Shown piece after piece: positions 36,782 to 47,058 of a stretch of DNA of 53,227 bases. The DNA lies in the NCBI GenBank assembly GCA_018813505.1, contig JAHJBM010000069.1:1-53227 (forward strand). The letters are read 5' to 3'. The notes beneath the pieces are model-generated. The model worked only from the letters and a program-made list of their open reading frames with translations. It did no database searches and was not told the origin of the DNA. The position numbers and the translations under genes were made by a program. Origin of the DNA: Candidatus Micrarchaeota archaeon. GTDB taxonomy: Archaea; Micrarchaeota; Micrarchaeia; Anstonellales; Bilamarchaeaceae. Every line of letters begins with the position of its first letter. Within the stretch, counting starts at the first letter, position 1.

Positions 36782-39727
36782 ATGAAAGTGAACCTAAAGA
36801 AACTCGGAGCCATTGTTGCAGGAGCAACAATTTTGGCTAGTTCAGCTGCGTTTGCCGGACTTATGTTTGGTTCGACAACGTTGGTGGACGACAATGGAGC
36901 ACCAGTCGCTAAGGTCGTAATTGGATCTAATGCGGCTGCTTCAGACGGTGTAGCTGCAGCCCTTATCGCTACAAAACTTGCTAGCGCAGCTTATAAGAGC
37001 TCGACTGTAACGGCTGAAGTGTCTGGAGATGCTGTATGTGCAGCAGATGGATCTGATGGAACTGGTGGATGTGCAATTAGCAATGAAAAGGCAAAGTTGG
37101 AAATTACTGTGCCTGGTTCAACTGCTATGGGTACATGGACTGGTGAAAACCTTATCGGTGACCACTTGGACAGACAACTGTTAGACAGAGACTACAATGG
37201 TGCAGCTGCAGATGTAAATGATTCTGACAACGCATATACCATTGGTGGCTCAGATACAGTTGACACTGCAAATCCATTTACAGACGGAAACAGCAGCAAC
37301 TTGGGTCAGGATGAAATATTCTTGTACAAAGTTGGAGGCAGCCAATTCTCTCCATTTGCAGACCAAACTTTGACAGATTCAAAGTCTGGAAATACATATG
37401 TAGAGAAACAGGCATTGTGGCTTAAAGGTGATAACAGATTCGATACATCTAACGATGTTATCGTAGGTCGCTTGGAATACCTCGTCTACTCAATAAAGTT
37501 TGACGGTCCGGGCGGAAAAGAAATTGGTATCCCAACATGTACCGAGTCAAATGAAAATGACTATGGTTACTGTATTACAACAGATGGGGATATTGATGAT
37601 GCCACAGAAACAAACAGGCTTAAGGTCTACTTCCTCGGCGAGGAATGGATAATCAGTGATATGAACCCACCATCAACATCGAGCGGTTCAGAAATAACCA
37701 CTGAGAACATTCTTTATCCAGGCGGATCGATTAAACTTGCTAAGGAATCAATATCTGGTATCCTGAACCAAGGTGAATCACTACCTGTTGACGACCTCAA
37801 ATTCCAATTGGATGACCTTGAGGCTCACGGTGATACAACATCGGCCATTATATCTATTGTTGATGCAAATGGCAATGTTCTTGAACACGACACTGTGACT
37901 CCAGGAACAACTCAGGAATATACTATCAACGGTAAGGAATACAGATTCCACGTATACAAGGTTGCTCCAGGTTATACATTTGGTGCAAAGTGGGCTGAAG
38001 TAGCTGTTTTCGCAGAAGAATTGACTCTTGAAAGTGCTGAAGAACTCGATTCTGATGAGGATTCCAATCCAGAATACAAAGTATTGCTTGGATGGAAAAA
38101 CCTTGATGCACAAACCGATGATGGTGACAACACAGAACCTGAAAGAGATGATGTTGATTCATTAAGATCAATTCTCATCTACTCTGACACCATTGATGAT
38201 TTGGCAAGCGGTGGAGACAACAGCATGCAAGAGGGGGAATACATTCCATTGATACAGGATCCAGTGACCTGGAAACTGTACTACAATGGTCTTGATTTAA
38301 CCTCAAGCGACAAGGTAAGTCTGAAGTTTGAAATTAAGACTACTGCAAAAACCCTTAACGCAGATGACGGACCTGTGCTTAACACCGGTACAACTCAATC
38401 AAAGTGTTCTATAGAACCACCATATGTAAAAGTAACATCTGGTAACAGTGGTTCATCTGTCTTTGAAATGGACAGAGATGACACAACTGGTACAATGTCA
38501 GATGACGAGTTCATGGTGGCATTGAGTTCTGATGCTGGTTCAACAAACTATGCTGCAAGGTGCGATGCCAATGGTGATGGTGACTACACAGATATTACTG
38601 ATGTCAACATCACGGCTGGTTCAATTTTCATGAAACTTTCTCCGTCAAGTACGGATTATGGTTTCTCGAACTACACAGCTACTACGGTTGTCAGATACGA
38701 TGAGATAGGAGACGGATCCCATGCATTTGCACCTTCAGAAGGTGGAGCAATACTCATTGCAAATGAGGCAGATGTAGATGGTGATACGCAACCAGGTGAC
38801 AGTGCTCTTGGTGATATGTTGTTCAGTGCAACAAGAAACCAATGTGCAAGTACGTCCTGTGCCGAATTCTACTTTGCAATTGCAGAGAAGGCCGGTTCAG
38901 GTACATCAAACGGATATGTGGACTACTGGGTTTGGGGTATAGATCAAACTAACTCAGCATCGGCTGCAACATTCGATTTTGATTCGTACAACACAACAAG
39001 CCTTGTCATCACATCTGATGCAAATGAGATACTCTATGGACACGCAACAGTAAATGCACCTTCAGGAACTAGTGCAAATGAGTTCTATGGTGCAAGTGGA
39101 ACAAGAACTGGTCCAGTGAGTCCAGGCATGGAAATGGTCGAAGAAGATTATGTATCTGAAAGAGGTACACACTTCAAGTCAATCGATGCCGACTCAGTTG
39201 AATTCGATATGGCACATGAGCTAGCACATGCTCAGTGGTTCTTGGCTGCAGCAGATACAACTACAGCATCATCTAGCACAACAGTTGCTACGCTTGGTGA
39301 GGGTGAATCTGTAACAGTGAGTGGCGTAACGGTTAAGGTAGTTGAAATTACCGAGACTGTTGGTGCATGTAGTAGTTCTGGTGGTGCAGTAGCTTGTACA
39401 GCAGATATGAGCGATGTATCAGCAGTAATCATGCCAAACAACGTTGCCTCATTGGAAGTGGCTCAGCCATACGCTGGTAACTATGGTAACTTAGTTATCC
39501 TTGATACAGATGCAGTTGGTGTAAACACACTTGTTTCCGTTGGTGGTGACAAGGTAAACTCCGTTACTGCAAACTTGTTACAAGGATCTGCCGTAGACTG
39601 GTCTGCTGAGACAAAGGTTGTGCGAGAAGTAGTTCAGGGTTCAAAGATTGTTGTTGCAGGTAAGGATGCAAGCGACACTCTTGAAGCAGCTCAGGACTTC
39701 GTAAGCCAATTGCAGAGAGTTAACTGA
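36782..39727 (+). CDS. S-layer protein (Methanococcales-type S_layer_N/S_layer_C termini)
   Basis: KKLGAIVAGATILAS signal peptide, VVIGSNAAASDGVAAALIA, and C-terminal VSVGGDKVNS...IVVAGKDASDTLEAA. Very acidic; strong SD. Confidence 0.9.
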   Translation: MKVNLKKLGAIVAGATILASSAAFAGLMFGSTTLVDDNGAPVAKVVIGSNAAASDGVAAALIATKLASAAYKSSTVTAEVSGDAVCAADGSDGTGGCAISNEKAKLEITVPGSTAMGTWTGENLIGDHLDRQLLDRDYNGAAADVNDSDNAYTIGGSDTVDTANPFTDGNSSNLGQDEIFLYKVGGSQFSPFADQTLTDSKSGNTYVEKQALWLKGDNRFDTSNDVIVGRLEYLVYSIKFDGPGGKEIGIPTCTESNENDYGYCITTDGDIDDATETNRLKVYFLGEEWIISDMNPPSTSSGSEITTENILYPGGSIKLAKESISGILNQGESLPVDDLKFQLDDLEAHGDTTSAIISIVDANGNVLEHDTVTPGTTQEYTINGKEYRFHVYKVAPGYTFGAKWAEVAVFAEELTLESAEELDSDEDSNPEYKVLLGWKNLDAQTDDGDNTEPERDDVDSLRSILIYSDTIDDLASGGDNSMQEGEYIPLIQDPVTWKLYYNGLDLTSSDKVSLKFEIKTTAKTLNADDGPVLNTGTTQSKCSIEPPYVKVTSGNSGSSVFEMDRDDTTGTMSDDEFMVALSSDAGSTNYAARCDANGDGDYTDITDVNITAGSIFMKLSPSSTDYGFSNYTATTVVRYDEIGDGSHAFAPSEGGAILIANEADVDGDTQPGDSALGDMLFSATRNQCASTSCAEFYFAIAEKAGSGTSNGYVDYWVWGIDQTNSASAATFDFDSYNTTSLVITSDANEILYGHATVNAPSGTSANEFYGASGTRTGPVSPGMEMVEEDYVSERGTHFKSIDADSVEFDMAHELAHAQWFLAAADTTTASSSTTVATLGEGESVTVSGVTVKVVEITETVGACSSSGGAVACTADMSDVSAVIMPNNVASLEVAQPYAGNYGNLVILDTDAVGVNTLVSVGGDKVNSVTANLLQGSAVDWSAETKVVREVVQGSKIVVAGKDASDTLEAAQDFVSQLQRVN

Positions 39728-39737
39728 AGAGTTATCT

Positions 39738-39762
39738 CTTCTTTTTTTATTTTTTCTTTTTC
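39738..39762 (+). terminator. Oligo-T archaeal terminator after the S-layer gene
   Basis: CTTCTTTTTTTATTTTTTCTTTTT directly after the stop codon. Confidence 0.6.
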
Positions 39763-39883
39763 TCTATAATTCTAATTGATCCTAATCATTCTTTTTGAAA
39801 CAATCTCTTCTTGGATTAAAATTAGTAAACTGTTGAAATAATCTAGCTATTTATCAATTGAATTCAAATACTAGCAATTCAGT

Positions 39884-40720
39884 TTACATTTCACGTTCCA
39901 TTCTATGCTCTTCCATGGCACAATTGACATGATAAATGTATTCGTCTCCTTGCAAATAATCACCCGTGACCTCAAGAAATGCCATTCTAATAGCGATTGA
40001 TTCGAACATCCTAGCAATGCTTGGATCCTCGTTTGCAATTGAAACTAGTATGTCATAGGCAAGCCGTGATGCATCTGATTCTTCAATTAAAACATCGAGA
40101 AGATGGGGAATACATCTTGGATCAATTTGGCCTTTTAATGCTGCAATTCTGATTATGAATACTGCATCATATCTAGTTTCGTTACCGCATGATGGCATGT
40201 TTTTCATTATATCTAAAAGCAATGGCCGTATGTCATTTCCTTTTAAAACCATTTTTTCTATTCCGCTTATACCCTGCCATATATCACTAGATTTAATCGA
40301 AAGAAGGTATCTTACACTATTCCAATAGCCATTTGAAATTGCATACTGAAACAACGCATCAATCGCAAAACTTCTACTTTTCCAATGTATTGCCCTGTTT
40401 GATATTTCGCCAAGAACTTCGATTGCACTACTGTAGGACATCCCCATTTCTGCTGCAGTGTCGAAAATCCTCATGGCTCTTTCTCTTATTTCATTTTTGG
40501 TATCTGCAAGAAGTAGTGCTGCTGGTCTGAAATTTTCTGCTGATTTTACAAGTCTTCTAATTCTTGTTCTAGTTGTAGCATGCAACAATTGTCTTCTAAG
40601 TTTCACCACCTCATCATATAATCGATCTGAAAATACGTTTATTGTTGTCATGCTATCGTTTCTTCTTGTTCGGTCTGGATGACGTATCACTGCCTTTTCA
40701 GCCTTATACATATGTAACAA
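39884..40720 (-). CDS. Hypothetical HEAT/ARM-like alpha-helical repeat protein
   Basis: Repeated amphipathic helix pairs (LLLADTKNEIRERAMRIF, SRSFAIDALFQYA, ETRYDAVFII). Confidence 0.6.
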   Translation of the reverse strand: MLHMYKAEKAVIRHPDRTRRNDSMTTINVFSDRLYDEVVKLRRQLLHATTRTRIRRLVKSAENFRPAALLLADTKNEIRERAMRIFDTAAEMGMSYSSAIEVLGEISNRAIHWKSRSFAIDALFQYAISNGYWNSVRYLLSIKSSDIWQGISGIEKMVLKGNDIRPLLLDIMKNMPSCGNETRYDAVFIIRIAALKGQIDPRCIPHLLDVLIEESDASRLAYDILVSIANEDPSIARMFESIAIRMAFLEVTGDYLQGDEYIYHVNCAMEEHRMEREM

Positions 40721-40870
40721 CCATTACAAAATCTATAAATATCCATATGCTATTCATTCGATACTCCTATTAGTACAATTTCCACTTACTTATATTGAGA
40801 TTTTGTTTATCTCGCGAAGCGAATCATTGTTCCGTTATCTGTTTTTAAATTTTAGTATCGTATTTTTATC

Positions 40871-42319
40871 ATGGTTTACAAATTAATGGGAAAAGGAGAA
40901 GAACGTGCAAGACCAAGTGAACCTATCACTCATAGCATTCAATTTCAGGTACAAGATCTAACACAAGCACAGGCAGATCGATTACAACAAACACATATTG
41001 TCGTTCCTTTGATTGAACCTGCAACAAACCGAAGAGCATCAAGATATCTTGTTGCAGAAATTCCAGACGCACTAAGATCTGAACTCGGAAGGCGCATTAA
41101 TACTACGCGAACATATTCAGGTAGAATCGATCATTACATGAGTGGAGTCGAAGATTGGATAAGCCTTGTACAATCAAGAATGGTTAGCGTTTATATGGCT
41201 TCAAGATCTGGGAACAACCCCAGTTCAAACCTTCAAGCAGTTGTTCCTGATATTCCGCCTCCAAGATTTTCTGCTATTGCCGATGCCATAGATAATCTTC
41301 ATAATATTGTTCCACGACCGGCAAGTCCTGTTCCTGTTCGTGTTCTAAGAGCAAATCAAGAACCTGCACCGCGAGTTATTCCAGCATCACAACCAGTAGA
41401 GCAACCTGCGCCACAACCACCGCCAGTAGTAATACCTACACCTGCGCCTCCTGTAGATGCACCACTTGTTTCAGGAACTGGTGGTCAAGGTGCTGGTCGA
41501 AGACCTGGTATTGGTGGAGCACCTTCATCTACAGTTGCCCCGCCAGTACAGCAACCGATAACAGATGCACAAATCAATGGCTATATTGGCGGATCACTCT
41601 CAGCTGAACAAGTTGCACTTATGGAATGGCCAGATGAGCGAGTACGTGCTCTGGCAGATGCGAGAATTGCGAGGCTTAGGGCATTGCACGGGCAACTCAC
41701 TGCTTCTGATTCAAGTACGAATGTAACTGCTGAAAGAGAAAGACGTATGAACAGATCAATCGAACAGCTCAATGCCCCTTACGGAACTCGCAGAGCTCCG
41801 CCTACAGCTGCAATTTTGATAACGAGATTTGGAGGTATTACCAATCTTTTAATTGAATTTCAGCGAACTCTTGCTGACAGAACTCGTGCATCTGTGCCGC
41901 AACCAACTAGAATTCCTGGTCATATTGACCCAGTGGTTGGTCGATTACCTCAAGGTATACTGCGTGGCACAGGCGTTGATAGAGATAATCCATATGTCAT
42001 ATCTCCATGGAATCAGCCAAATACCTCAGGTAATGTTATTTTTCCTATCAATTTAACTGTATTACCAGTTCCTACAGATGAATCAATTCGTTTTACTGCT
42101 CATTTTAGTATCTCTGTTCCACAAGATAGACTCCGTAGAACTGGCCATCTTGATTTAGTTCCAGTTCGAGAGTTATCACGTATCGTGAGGCGTGGTCTAG
42201 AACACGCTGCTCGGGCAAATGGTTTTGATCCAACCAACCAACAAATCTCTCACGCTATTGGTCTTTCATGTGATGATTTTGAACAAAATTTATTGCACCA
42301 AGAGTTTACATTTGAATAG
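40871..42319 (+). CDS. Hypothetical Arg/Pro-rich protein with a central proline-rich linker
   Basis: 482-aa ORF; TTTTTAAA about 25 nt upstream. Confidence 0.7.
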   Translation: MVYKLMGKGEERARPSEPITHSIQFQVQDLTQAQADRLQQTHIVVPLIEPATNRRASRYLVAEIPDALRSELGRRINTTRTYSGRIDHYMSGVEDWISLVQSRMVSVYMASRSGNNPSSNLQAVVPDIPPPRFSAIADAIDNLHNIVPRPASPVPVRVLRANQEPAPRVIPASQPVEQPAPQPPPVVIPTPAPPVDAPLVSGTGGQGAGRRPGIGGAPSSTVAPPVQQPITDAQINGYIGGSLSAEQVALMEWPDERVRALADARIARLRALHGQLTASDSSTNVTAERERRMNRSIEQLNAPYGTRRAPPTAAILITRFGGITNLLIEFQRTLADRTRASVPQPTRIPGHIDPVVGRLPQGILRGTGVDRDNPYVISPWNQPNTSGNVIFPINLTVLPVPTDESIRFTAHFSISVPQDRLRRTGHLDLVPVRELSRIVRRGLEHAARANGFDPTNQQISHAIGLSCDDFEQNLLHQEFTFE

Positions 42320-42361
42320 CCAGCCTCCCCTATTTTTAATTATTCCCTGTAATTTCATTCT

Positions 42362-43138
42362 ATGGGTTCATGTTCTCGCTGCGGTCAGCAGTGTCATACT
42401 GAATATGGTTCAGATGGCCGGTCTTATTGTTCCTCCTGCGTTTTTTATGGAATGAACAAGCCATGCTGGAAATGCGGTATGTATGTTCCTGCATCAGAAC
42501 TACAACAATATCGTGGTCAATGGGCCTGCCCTTATTGCATTCAGGATATGCGTGATGAGAATAGGCGGGCGCAAACGTCTGTTAAAAAAACTACAAGCGT
42601 ACGATATGTGCCTGAGATATGCGATAGGTGTGGTAAAAATCTTGAGGGTCGTGTATATCTTTGGAATGGCAGAAAACTTTGTAAAAGCTGTCTTGATGAA
42701 GAGCAGGATAGTTGGGGGGTAGTTGGTGGAAAGCCATCCCATTCTGTTCAGCGAATATCAGTAACTCCGCAGAAAAGAAAAGGTATACTCTCAGGTATTG
42801 AGCGCCTTTTCTCAGAATTCCTTGCACTGTTCGGAATAAAAACAAAACAGTCAGTTTCTGAAATTGTTGTTTATCACACCCCAGAGTCATTAAAACATGC
42901 AAAACCGATGTCAGAGGGAAAACTCAGTGAAAAATCAGAAGAAGAACCACCTCCACAGATCGAAGGACTGATGACAAAAGGAAAATCGCGCGGTGAGAAT
43001 ATACAAAGAAAAACTAGTTCATTTCCAAATCAAAATTCAGTTGAAAAAATAAAAAAATCAAAAAAACAGGAACCAGAAAAAAAAGAAGATAACAATCCGT
43101 TTGTTTCATACAAGGATAAAAAGAAGAAACGCAAGTGA
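42362..43138 (+). CDS. Multi-CxxC zinc-finger protein with a basic disordered tail
   Basis: Six CxxC pairs (CSRC, CSSC, CWKC, CPYC, CDRC, CKSC). Confidence 0.8.
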   Translation: MGSCSRCGQQCHTEYGSDGRSYCSSCVFYGMNKPCWKCGMYVPASELQQYRGQWACPYCIQDMRDENRRAQTSVKKTTSVRYVPEICDRCGKNLEGRVYLWNGRKLCKSCLDEEQDSWGVVGGKPSHSVQRISVTPQKRKGILSGIERLFSEFLALFGIKTKQSVSEIVVYHTPESLKHAKPMSEGKLSEKSEEEPPPQIEGLMTKGKSRGENIQRKTSSFPNQNSVEKIKKSKKQEPEKKEDNNPFVSYKDKKKKRK

Positions 43139-43203
43139 TTGGCATTTCTCTATTTTTCAGGAAGGAATTTAAGTTCTTGCCACAATATCATTGTGGGAGG
43201 GTT

Positions 43204-43716
43204 ATGCTTAGCTATTCTGATCTTAGAGACATCCAGAAAAAAGAAATGAGTTCATCAGCAATAGTAAAGCTACCTGATGATTTTTACTTGGTTATGTCAC
43301 AGTTATTGTTAAAAAAGAAGGAGGATGCGCAGTTTTCCAAGTCCCTCCTTTCGATAAAAGAACATGAAAATATTAAGAAAATACTAATCACAATCCAGAC
43401 TAAAAGAGAAGAAAAGATAGTTTTTATGGCAGTAAGGGGCGAAAAAGAGGGGTTGGGGCTCACATCTGAAGAAAGGGAAACGTTAAAAGAGTTATTATCG
43501 ATAATAAAGAAATCACGCGAGACGTTAAAAAACGTTTGGGATAATGAAGAAAGCGTACAAACTGACTCGCATCGTATTAAGATTATAAAGGATGTATCTC
43601 AGTATAGAGGTCTTGATAATTCTCTTTACGGTCCGTTTAAATCAGGAGAAGAGAAACATCTTCCTCAGTCTGAGGTTGAGTGGTTGCTCAAGGCAGGTTT
43701 AGCCGAGATATTATAG
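43204..43716 (+). CDS. gins51: GINS subunit (Gins51/Gins15)
   Basis: KKEMSSSAIVKLPDDFY, KREEKI and C-terminal B-domain YRGLDNSLYGPFKSGEEKHLP..EVEWLLKAGLAE. Conserved position before rpl44e. Confidence 0.88.
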   Translation: MLSYSDLRDIQKKEMSSSAIVKLPDDFYLVMSQLLLKKKEDAQFSKSLLSIKEHENIKKILITIQTKREEKIVFMAVRGEKEGLGLTSEERETLKELLSIIKKSRETLKNVWDNEESVQTDSHRIKIIKDVSQYRGLDNSLYGPFKSGEEKHLPQSEVEWLLKAGLAEIL

Positions 43717-43726
43717 GTGATAGGTT

Positions 43727-44008
43727 ATGAAATTTCCAAAAGAGATAAATGCATATTGTTCAAGTTGCCGTGCTCACAAAGTTCATAAGGTCAAGCTTGC
43801 GAGTAAAGGCAGGCCAAGAACTCTTGCAAAGGGTAATCGTGCCCATCAGAGAAGTCTTATGGGTCACGGTAGTAAGAGGGCCGGTGAAAAGACCGTGAAA
43901 AAACAGGGAAAAAAACAAAAGCTTATGTTACAGTGTAGTGAGTGCAAAAAAAAGCAGGAACGTGTTGTTGGTGGAAGAACAACTAAACGTATAGAGCTCC
44001 AAGCATGA
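43727..44008 (+). CDS. rpl44e: 50S ribosomal protein L44e (eL42)
   Basis: MKFPKEINAYCSSCRAHKVHKV...KLMLQCSECKK. Confidence 0.95.
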   Translation: MKFPKEINAYCSSCRAHKVHKVKLASKGRPRTLAKGNRAHQRSLMGHGSKRAGEKTVKKQGKKQKLMLQCSECKKKQERVVGGRTTKRIELQA

Positions 44009-44027
44009 TTTGTTAAGGTGTTAATCT

Positions 44028-44189
44028 ATGAGCAATTATATAAAAGTGAAATGCAAGTGTGGCGAGGAAAAAATAATATTCAGTCATTCAACTTCTGTTG
44101 TTAAATGTAGTAAATGCAGCGAACCAATTGTCCATCCTTCTGGTGGCAAAGCAATTGTACATGCTGAAGAAGTAGAAGATCTTGGGTGA
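44028..44189 (+). CDS. rps27e: 30S ribosomal protein S27e
   Basis: Hand translation MSNYIKVKCKCGEEKIIFSHSTSVVKCSKCSEPIVHPSGGKAIVHAEEVEDLG; synteny. Below the ORF-track cutoff. Confidence 0.93.
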   Translation: MSNYIKVKCKCGEEKIIFSHSTSVVKCSKCSEPIVHPSGGKAIVHAEEVEDLG

Positions 44190-44944
44190 TTTGGATAGTC
44201 ACTCTTCCAGATGAAGGCGAATTAGTCATTGCAGTGGTCAAAAAAATAATGCCTTACGGTGCATTTTGTATACTTCCAGAATATAATGATCTAGAAGCGT
44301 TCATTCATATCTCAGAAGTTGCGCCACGTTGGATAAAGAATATCCATGAATTTATATCGGAAGGTCAAAGGCATGTTGTTTCTGTTCATAGGGTTGACCG
44401 TGAGAAGAACCAGGTTGACATATCAATTAAAAGGGTAAATGAGGAAGAGAAAAAAAGGAAGCTCGAGCTTATAAGAAATGAAAAAAGAGGTTCAAAACTT
44501 CTTGAGCTTGCAATGACTGCAGTAAAATTAAAAACCGATGTGCGGGTCATCCGTGATGAGATCGAATCCCATTTCCCCGATGTATATACTTGTTTTAAGG
44601 AGATAAGTGCTGAAGGGCCAGAAGTAATGAAAAAAGTAGACCTTCCAAAAGCCCTTAAGGAAAAGATCATTGAGATTGCTCAAAAAAACATAAAAAAATC
44701 GGTTGTTTATGTTGATACAACAATTACATTCGTTTGTTATGGTTCAGATGGCATCAATGACCTAAAAAAAGCCCTCGCGCCACAAGAGGACGTTACAATC
44801 CAGTATCTTGGCGCTCCGAAGTATAAAATATCCCTTACGGCATCTGATTATAAGAATGGTCAAAAAAGGCTCGACAAGATATTGGAAGGTATAAAAGGGT
44901 TTGCGCAGAAGAACAACTGTGATTTTAGTTCAGAGTCGGGATGA
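44186..44944 (+). CDS. eif2a: Translation initiation factor aIF2 alpha
   Basis: PDEGELVIAVV...YGAF...FIHISEVAPRWIKNI (S1 domain) and YLGAPKY. Confidence 0.95.
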   Translation: MIWIVTLPDEGELVIAVVKKIMPYGAFCILPEYNDLEAFIHISEVAPRWIKNIHEFISEGQRHVVSVHRVDREKNQVDISIKRVNEEEKKRKLELIRNEKRGSKLLELAMTAVKLKTDVRVIRDEIESHFPDVYTCFKEISAEGPEVMKKVDLPKALKEKIIEIAQKNIKKSVVYVDTTITFVCYGSDGINDLKKALAPQEDVTIQYLGAPKYKISLTASDYKNGQKRLDKILEGIKGFAQKNNCDFSSESG

Positions 44945-45109
44945 ATGTATAAAATACGTCGGTGCTTTGCATGTGGGGGATACACATTATCTACCATCCA
45001 TTGCGAAAAATCTACTGTGTCTGCGCATCCACCTAAATTCAATCCAGATGATCGTTTTGGGGATCAGCGCAGGGCTGTCAAATATCATGAACCAAATCAG
45101 AAGAACTAA
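44945..45109 (+). CDS. nop10: H/ACA RNP protein Nop10
   Basis: Hand translation MYKIRRCFACGGYTLSTIHCEKSTVSAHPPKFNPDDRFGDQRR; synteny. Confidence 0.93.
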   Translation: MYKIRRCFACGGYTLSTIHCEKSTVSAHPPKFNPDDRFGDQRRAVKYHEPNQKN

Positions 45110-45133
45110 TTTGGTTCGTTATACGGTGCTCAG

Positions 45134-45901
45134 ATGAAAGAAACTACGATAATAGAAAAAGTGAAAATAAAGAAAAAATTGCATAATGCAGTACTTCTAA
45201 CTGGACTTCCTGGCATTGGTCTTATCGGTCAAGTGGTGGGTCGCTACCTCGTAGAAGAACTCAAAGCAAAAAAAGTTGCATGGCTTCTTTCACCTCATTT
45301 TCCACATCAGGTATTTATGACTAAGAAAGGTGGTATGCGCATGGTCAAGAATACCTTTTACCATTACAAAGGCAAAAAGAACGATATCCTATTCCTGCTT
45401 GGTGACATACAGGCAATAAGTTCTGTTGGGCAGTATGAAGTTGCTTCAGTGGTTTTAGAATATTGCAAGAAACTTGGTATAAAAGAGATACTTACTGTAG
45501 GTGGGTATAGTACCGGAACCTTGTCAGATCAAAGAGATGTATTAGCTGTTGCTACGTCCGATAATCTCAGAGATCGCCTTAAGAAGAAAGGAGTTATCTT
45601 TGGAAAAGCGAATGGGTGCATTGTGGGTGCAGCAGGGCTTTTACCTGCCCTTAGCAGATTATATGATATGGAGGGTGCGTGCATCATGGGCGAAACCCAT
45701 GGAAGTTATGTTGATACTGCATCAGCCAAGCAAATTGTTGTATTGCTTTCGAAATACCTCTCAATAAAAGTTGATATCAAGCGTTTGGACAAGCGTGCCA
45801 AAGAGAGCCAGAAGATACTGAAAAAAGTGCAGGAAGAAGTTGAAAAGAGTGTTGAAGCCCAATATGCGGCTGCGAGTACAAATGTCTCTTACATAAGATA
45901 A
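45134..45901 (+). CDS. PAC2-family proteasome assembly chaperone
   Basis: GLPGIGLIG, GDIQ, TVGGY, IVGAAGLL and CIMGET motifs; synteny after nop10. Confidence 0.92.
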   Translation: MKETTIIEKVKIKKKLHNAVLLTGLPGIGLIGQVVGRYLVEELKAKKVAWLLSPHFPHQVFMTKKGGMRMVKNTFYHYKGKKNDILFLLGDIQAISSVGQYEVASVVLEYCKKLGIKEILTVGGYSTGTLSDQRDVLAVATSDNLRDRLKKKGVIFGKANGCIVGAAGLLPALSRLYDMEGACIMGETHGSYVDTASAKQIVVLLSKYLSIKVDIKRLDKRAKESQKILKKVQEEVEKSVEAQYAAASTNVSYIR

Positions 45902-45957
45902 TTTCTTTCTTTTTTATTGTACTATAAAAAGTTAGCAGTTTTCACTACAAACTCCAA

Positions 45958-46049
45958 ACAGTAAAGTTGTATACAACTTTACTGTACAATAAAATTTTTG
46001 AAAATATTTGACATGATACTTCATGTCAAAATTTGACATTACATGTCAA
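45958..46049. repeat. Palindrome cluster upstream of the symporter: perfect 28-bp palindrome plus two TTGACAT/ATGTCAA inverted repeats
   Basis: ACAGTAAAGTTGTATACAACTTTACTGT (45958-45985), TTTGACATGA-tact-TCATGTCAAA (46007-46030) and TTGACAT-tac-ATGTCAA (46033-46049). Confidence 0.85.
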
Positions 46050-46083
46050 TCTGAAAGATTTCAATTGTTTTTATGGTGCTTAC

Positions 46084-47001
46084 ATGTTATACAAATCGAT
46101 CGAAGCAAATTTTGTTTTGATACTTGTCATTGCTATAATTGCCGGGGTGGTGTTTCCTCAGCTTGCCGCTTTACAAAATGCCATACATCTTCTTCTAGCA
46201 TTTATTATTTTTCTCTCCAGTTTCAAGGTCGATATCAATATCATTTTTAATTATATTAAAGATCTCAGATTTTTCGGTTCACGATTTATTCTGATAAAAT
46301 TTATCATGCCCCTTGCTGTGTTCTATACTATATCATTATTTTCATTGGAACTTGCATTAGGCAGCCTACTGCTCGTGGCAACTCCTTCAGGTTTAAGCAA
46401 TGTTGTTTTGTCCGATATATTCAAGGGAAACAACGAGCTGTCTCTTGCATTTACAATAACCAGTCATCTACTTTCGGTTATCACCATTCCGCTTTTGGTG
46501 TTTATTACAATTCGGGAGTCTATCTCATTTGATTATATCTCGTTATTGATATCGCTTGTTGAAATTGTCTTGATCCCACTGATATTGTGTTGTCTGGTCA
46601 AAAAGTTTTTCTGGCATAAGTTAGAACCCTATTCGAAATATTCTTCTGCCATCTCCATTATTTTTATTTTTATAGTTGTTTCAGGCATAGTTTCAATTAA
46701 CCGTGGTTCTTTTCTTGAATTTCAAAACTTTATAACCACCATTATCTTTGTAATCCTTCTTCTTCTTACAATGATGTTTTTGGGATTTTTTCTTGGAAAC
46801 AATAAAAAAGATAAACTGGCAATTTCATTGAGTAGTTATCATATCAACGCTGTTTTGGGATTATATATCGCAAGCACATTTTTTTCCAAGGGTGTTGTGG
46901 TGGTGCTGATTTCTGCAGTTCTTTCTCTTGATATTCTTCTGGTTGTGTTCACTTGGGTAACTGGTCATTATATACAAAATTCTAGTATCAAATCTCCATA
47001 A
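46084..47001 (+). CDS. Bile acid:sodium symporter (BASS/SBF) family transporter
   Basis: About 9-10 TM segments; ATPSGLSNVVLSDIFKGNNELSL motif. Confidence 0.85.
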   Translation: MLYKSIEANFVLILVIAIIAGVVFPQLAALQNAIHLLLAFIIFLSSFKVDINIIFNYIKDLRFFGSRFILIKFIMPLAVFYTISLFSLELALGSLLLVATPSGLSNVVLSDIFKGNNELSLAFTITSHLLSVITIPLLVFITIRESISFDYISLLISLVEIVLIPLILCCLVKKFFWHKLEPYSKYSSAISIIFIFIVVSGIVSINRGSFLEFQNFITTIIFVILLLLTMMFLGFFLGNNKKDKLAISLSSYHINAVLGLYIASTFFSKGVVVVLISAVLSLDILLVVFTWVTGHYIQNSSIKSP

Positions 47002-47058
47002 GGTAAAATCTCCAAAGAGCCAAGTTTTAATAATTTTGCCGGTTTATTCAAAACGGGG

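Noticed and set aside
44186-44200. Possible ATA start for aIF2 alpha after GGTGA
   Set aside because: The in-frame GTG overlapping the rps27e stop (GTGA) is an ordinary coupled start; there is no need to invoke ATA.
43204-45901. GINS-rpl44e-rps27e-aIF2alpha-nop10-PAC2 linkage as a novel system
   Set aside because: This is a well-known conserved archaeal gene cluster.
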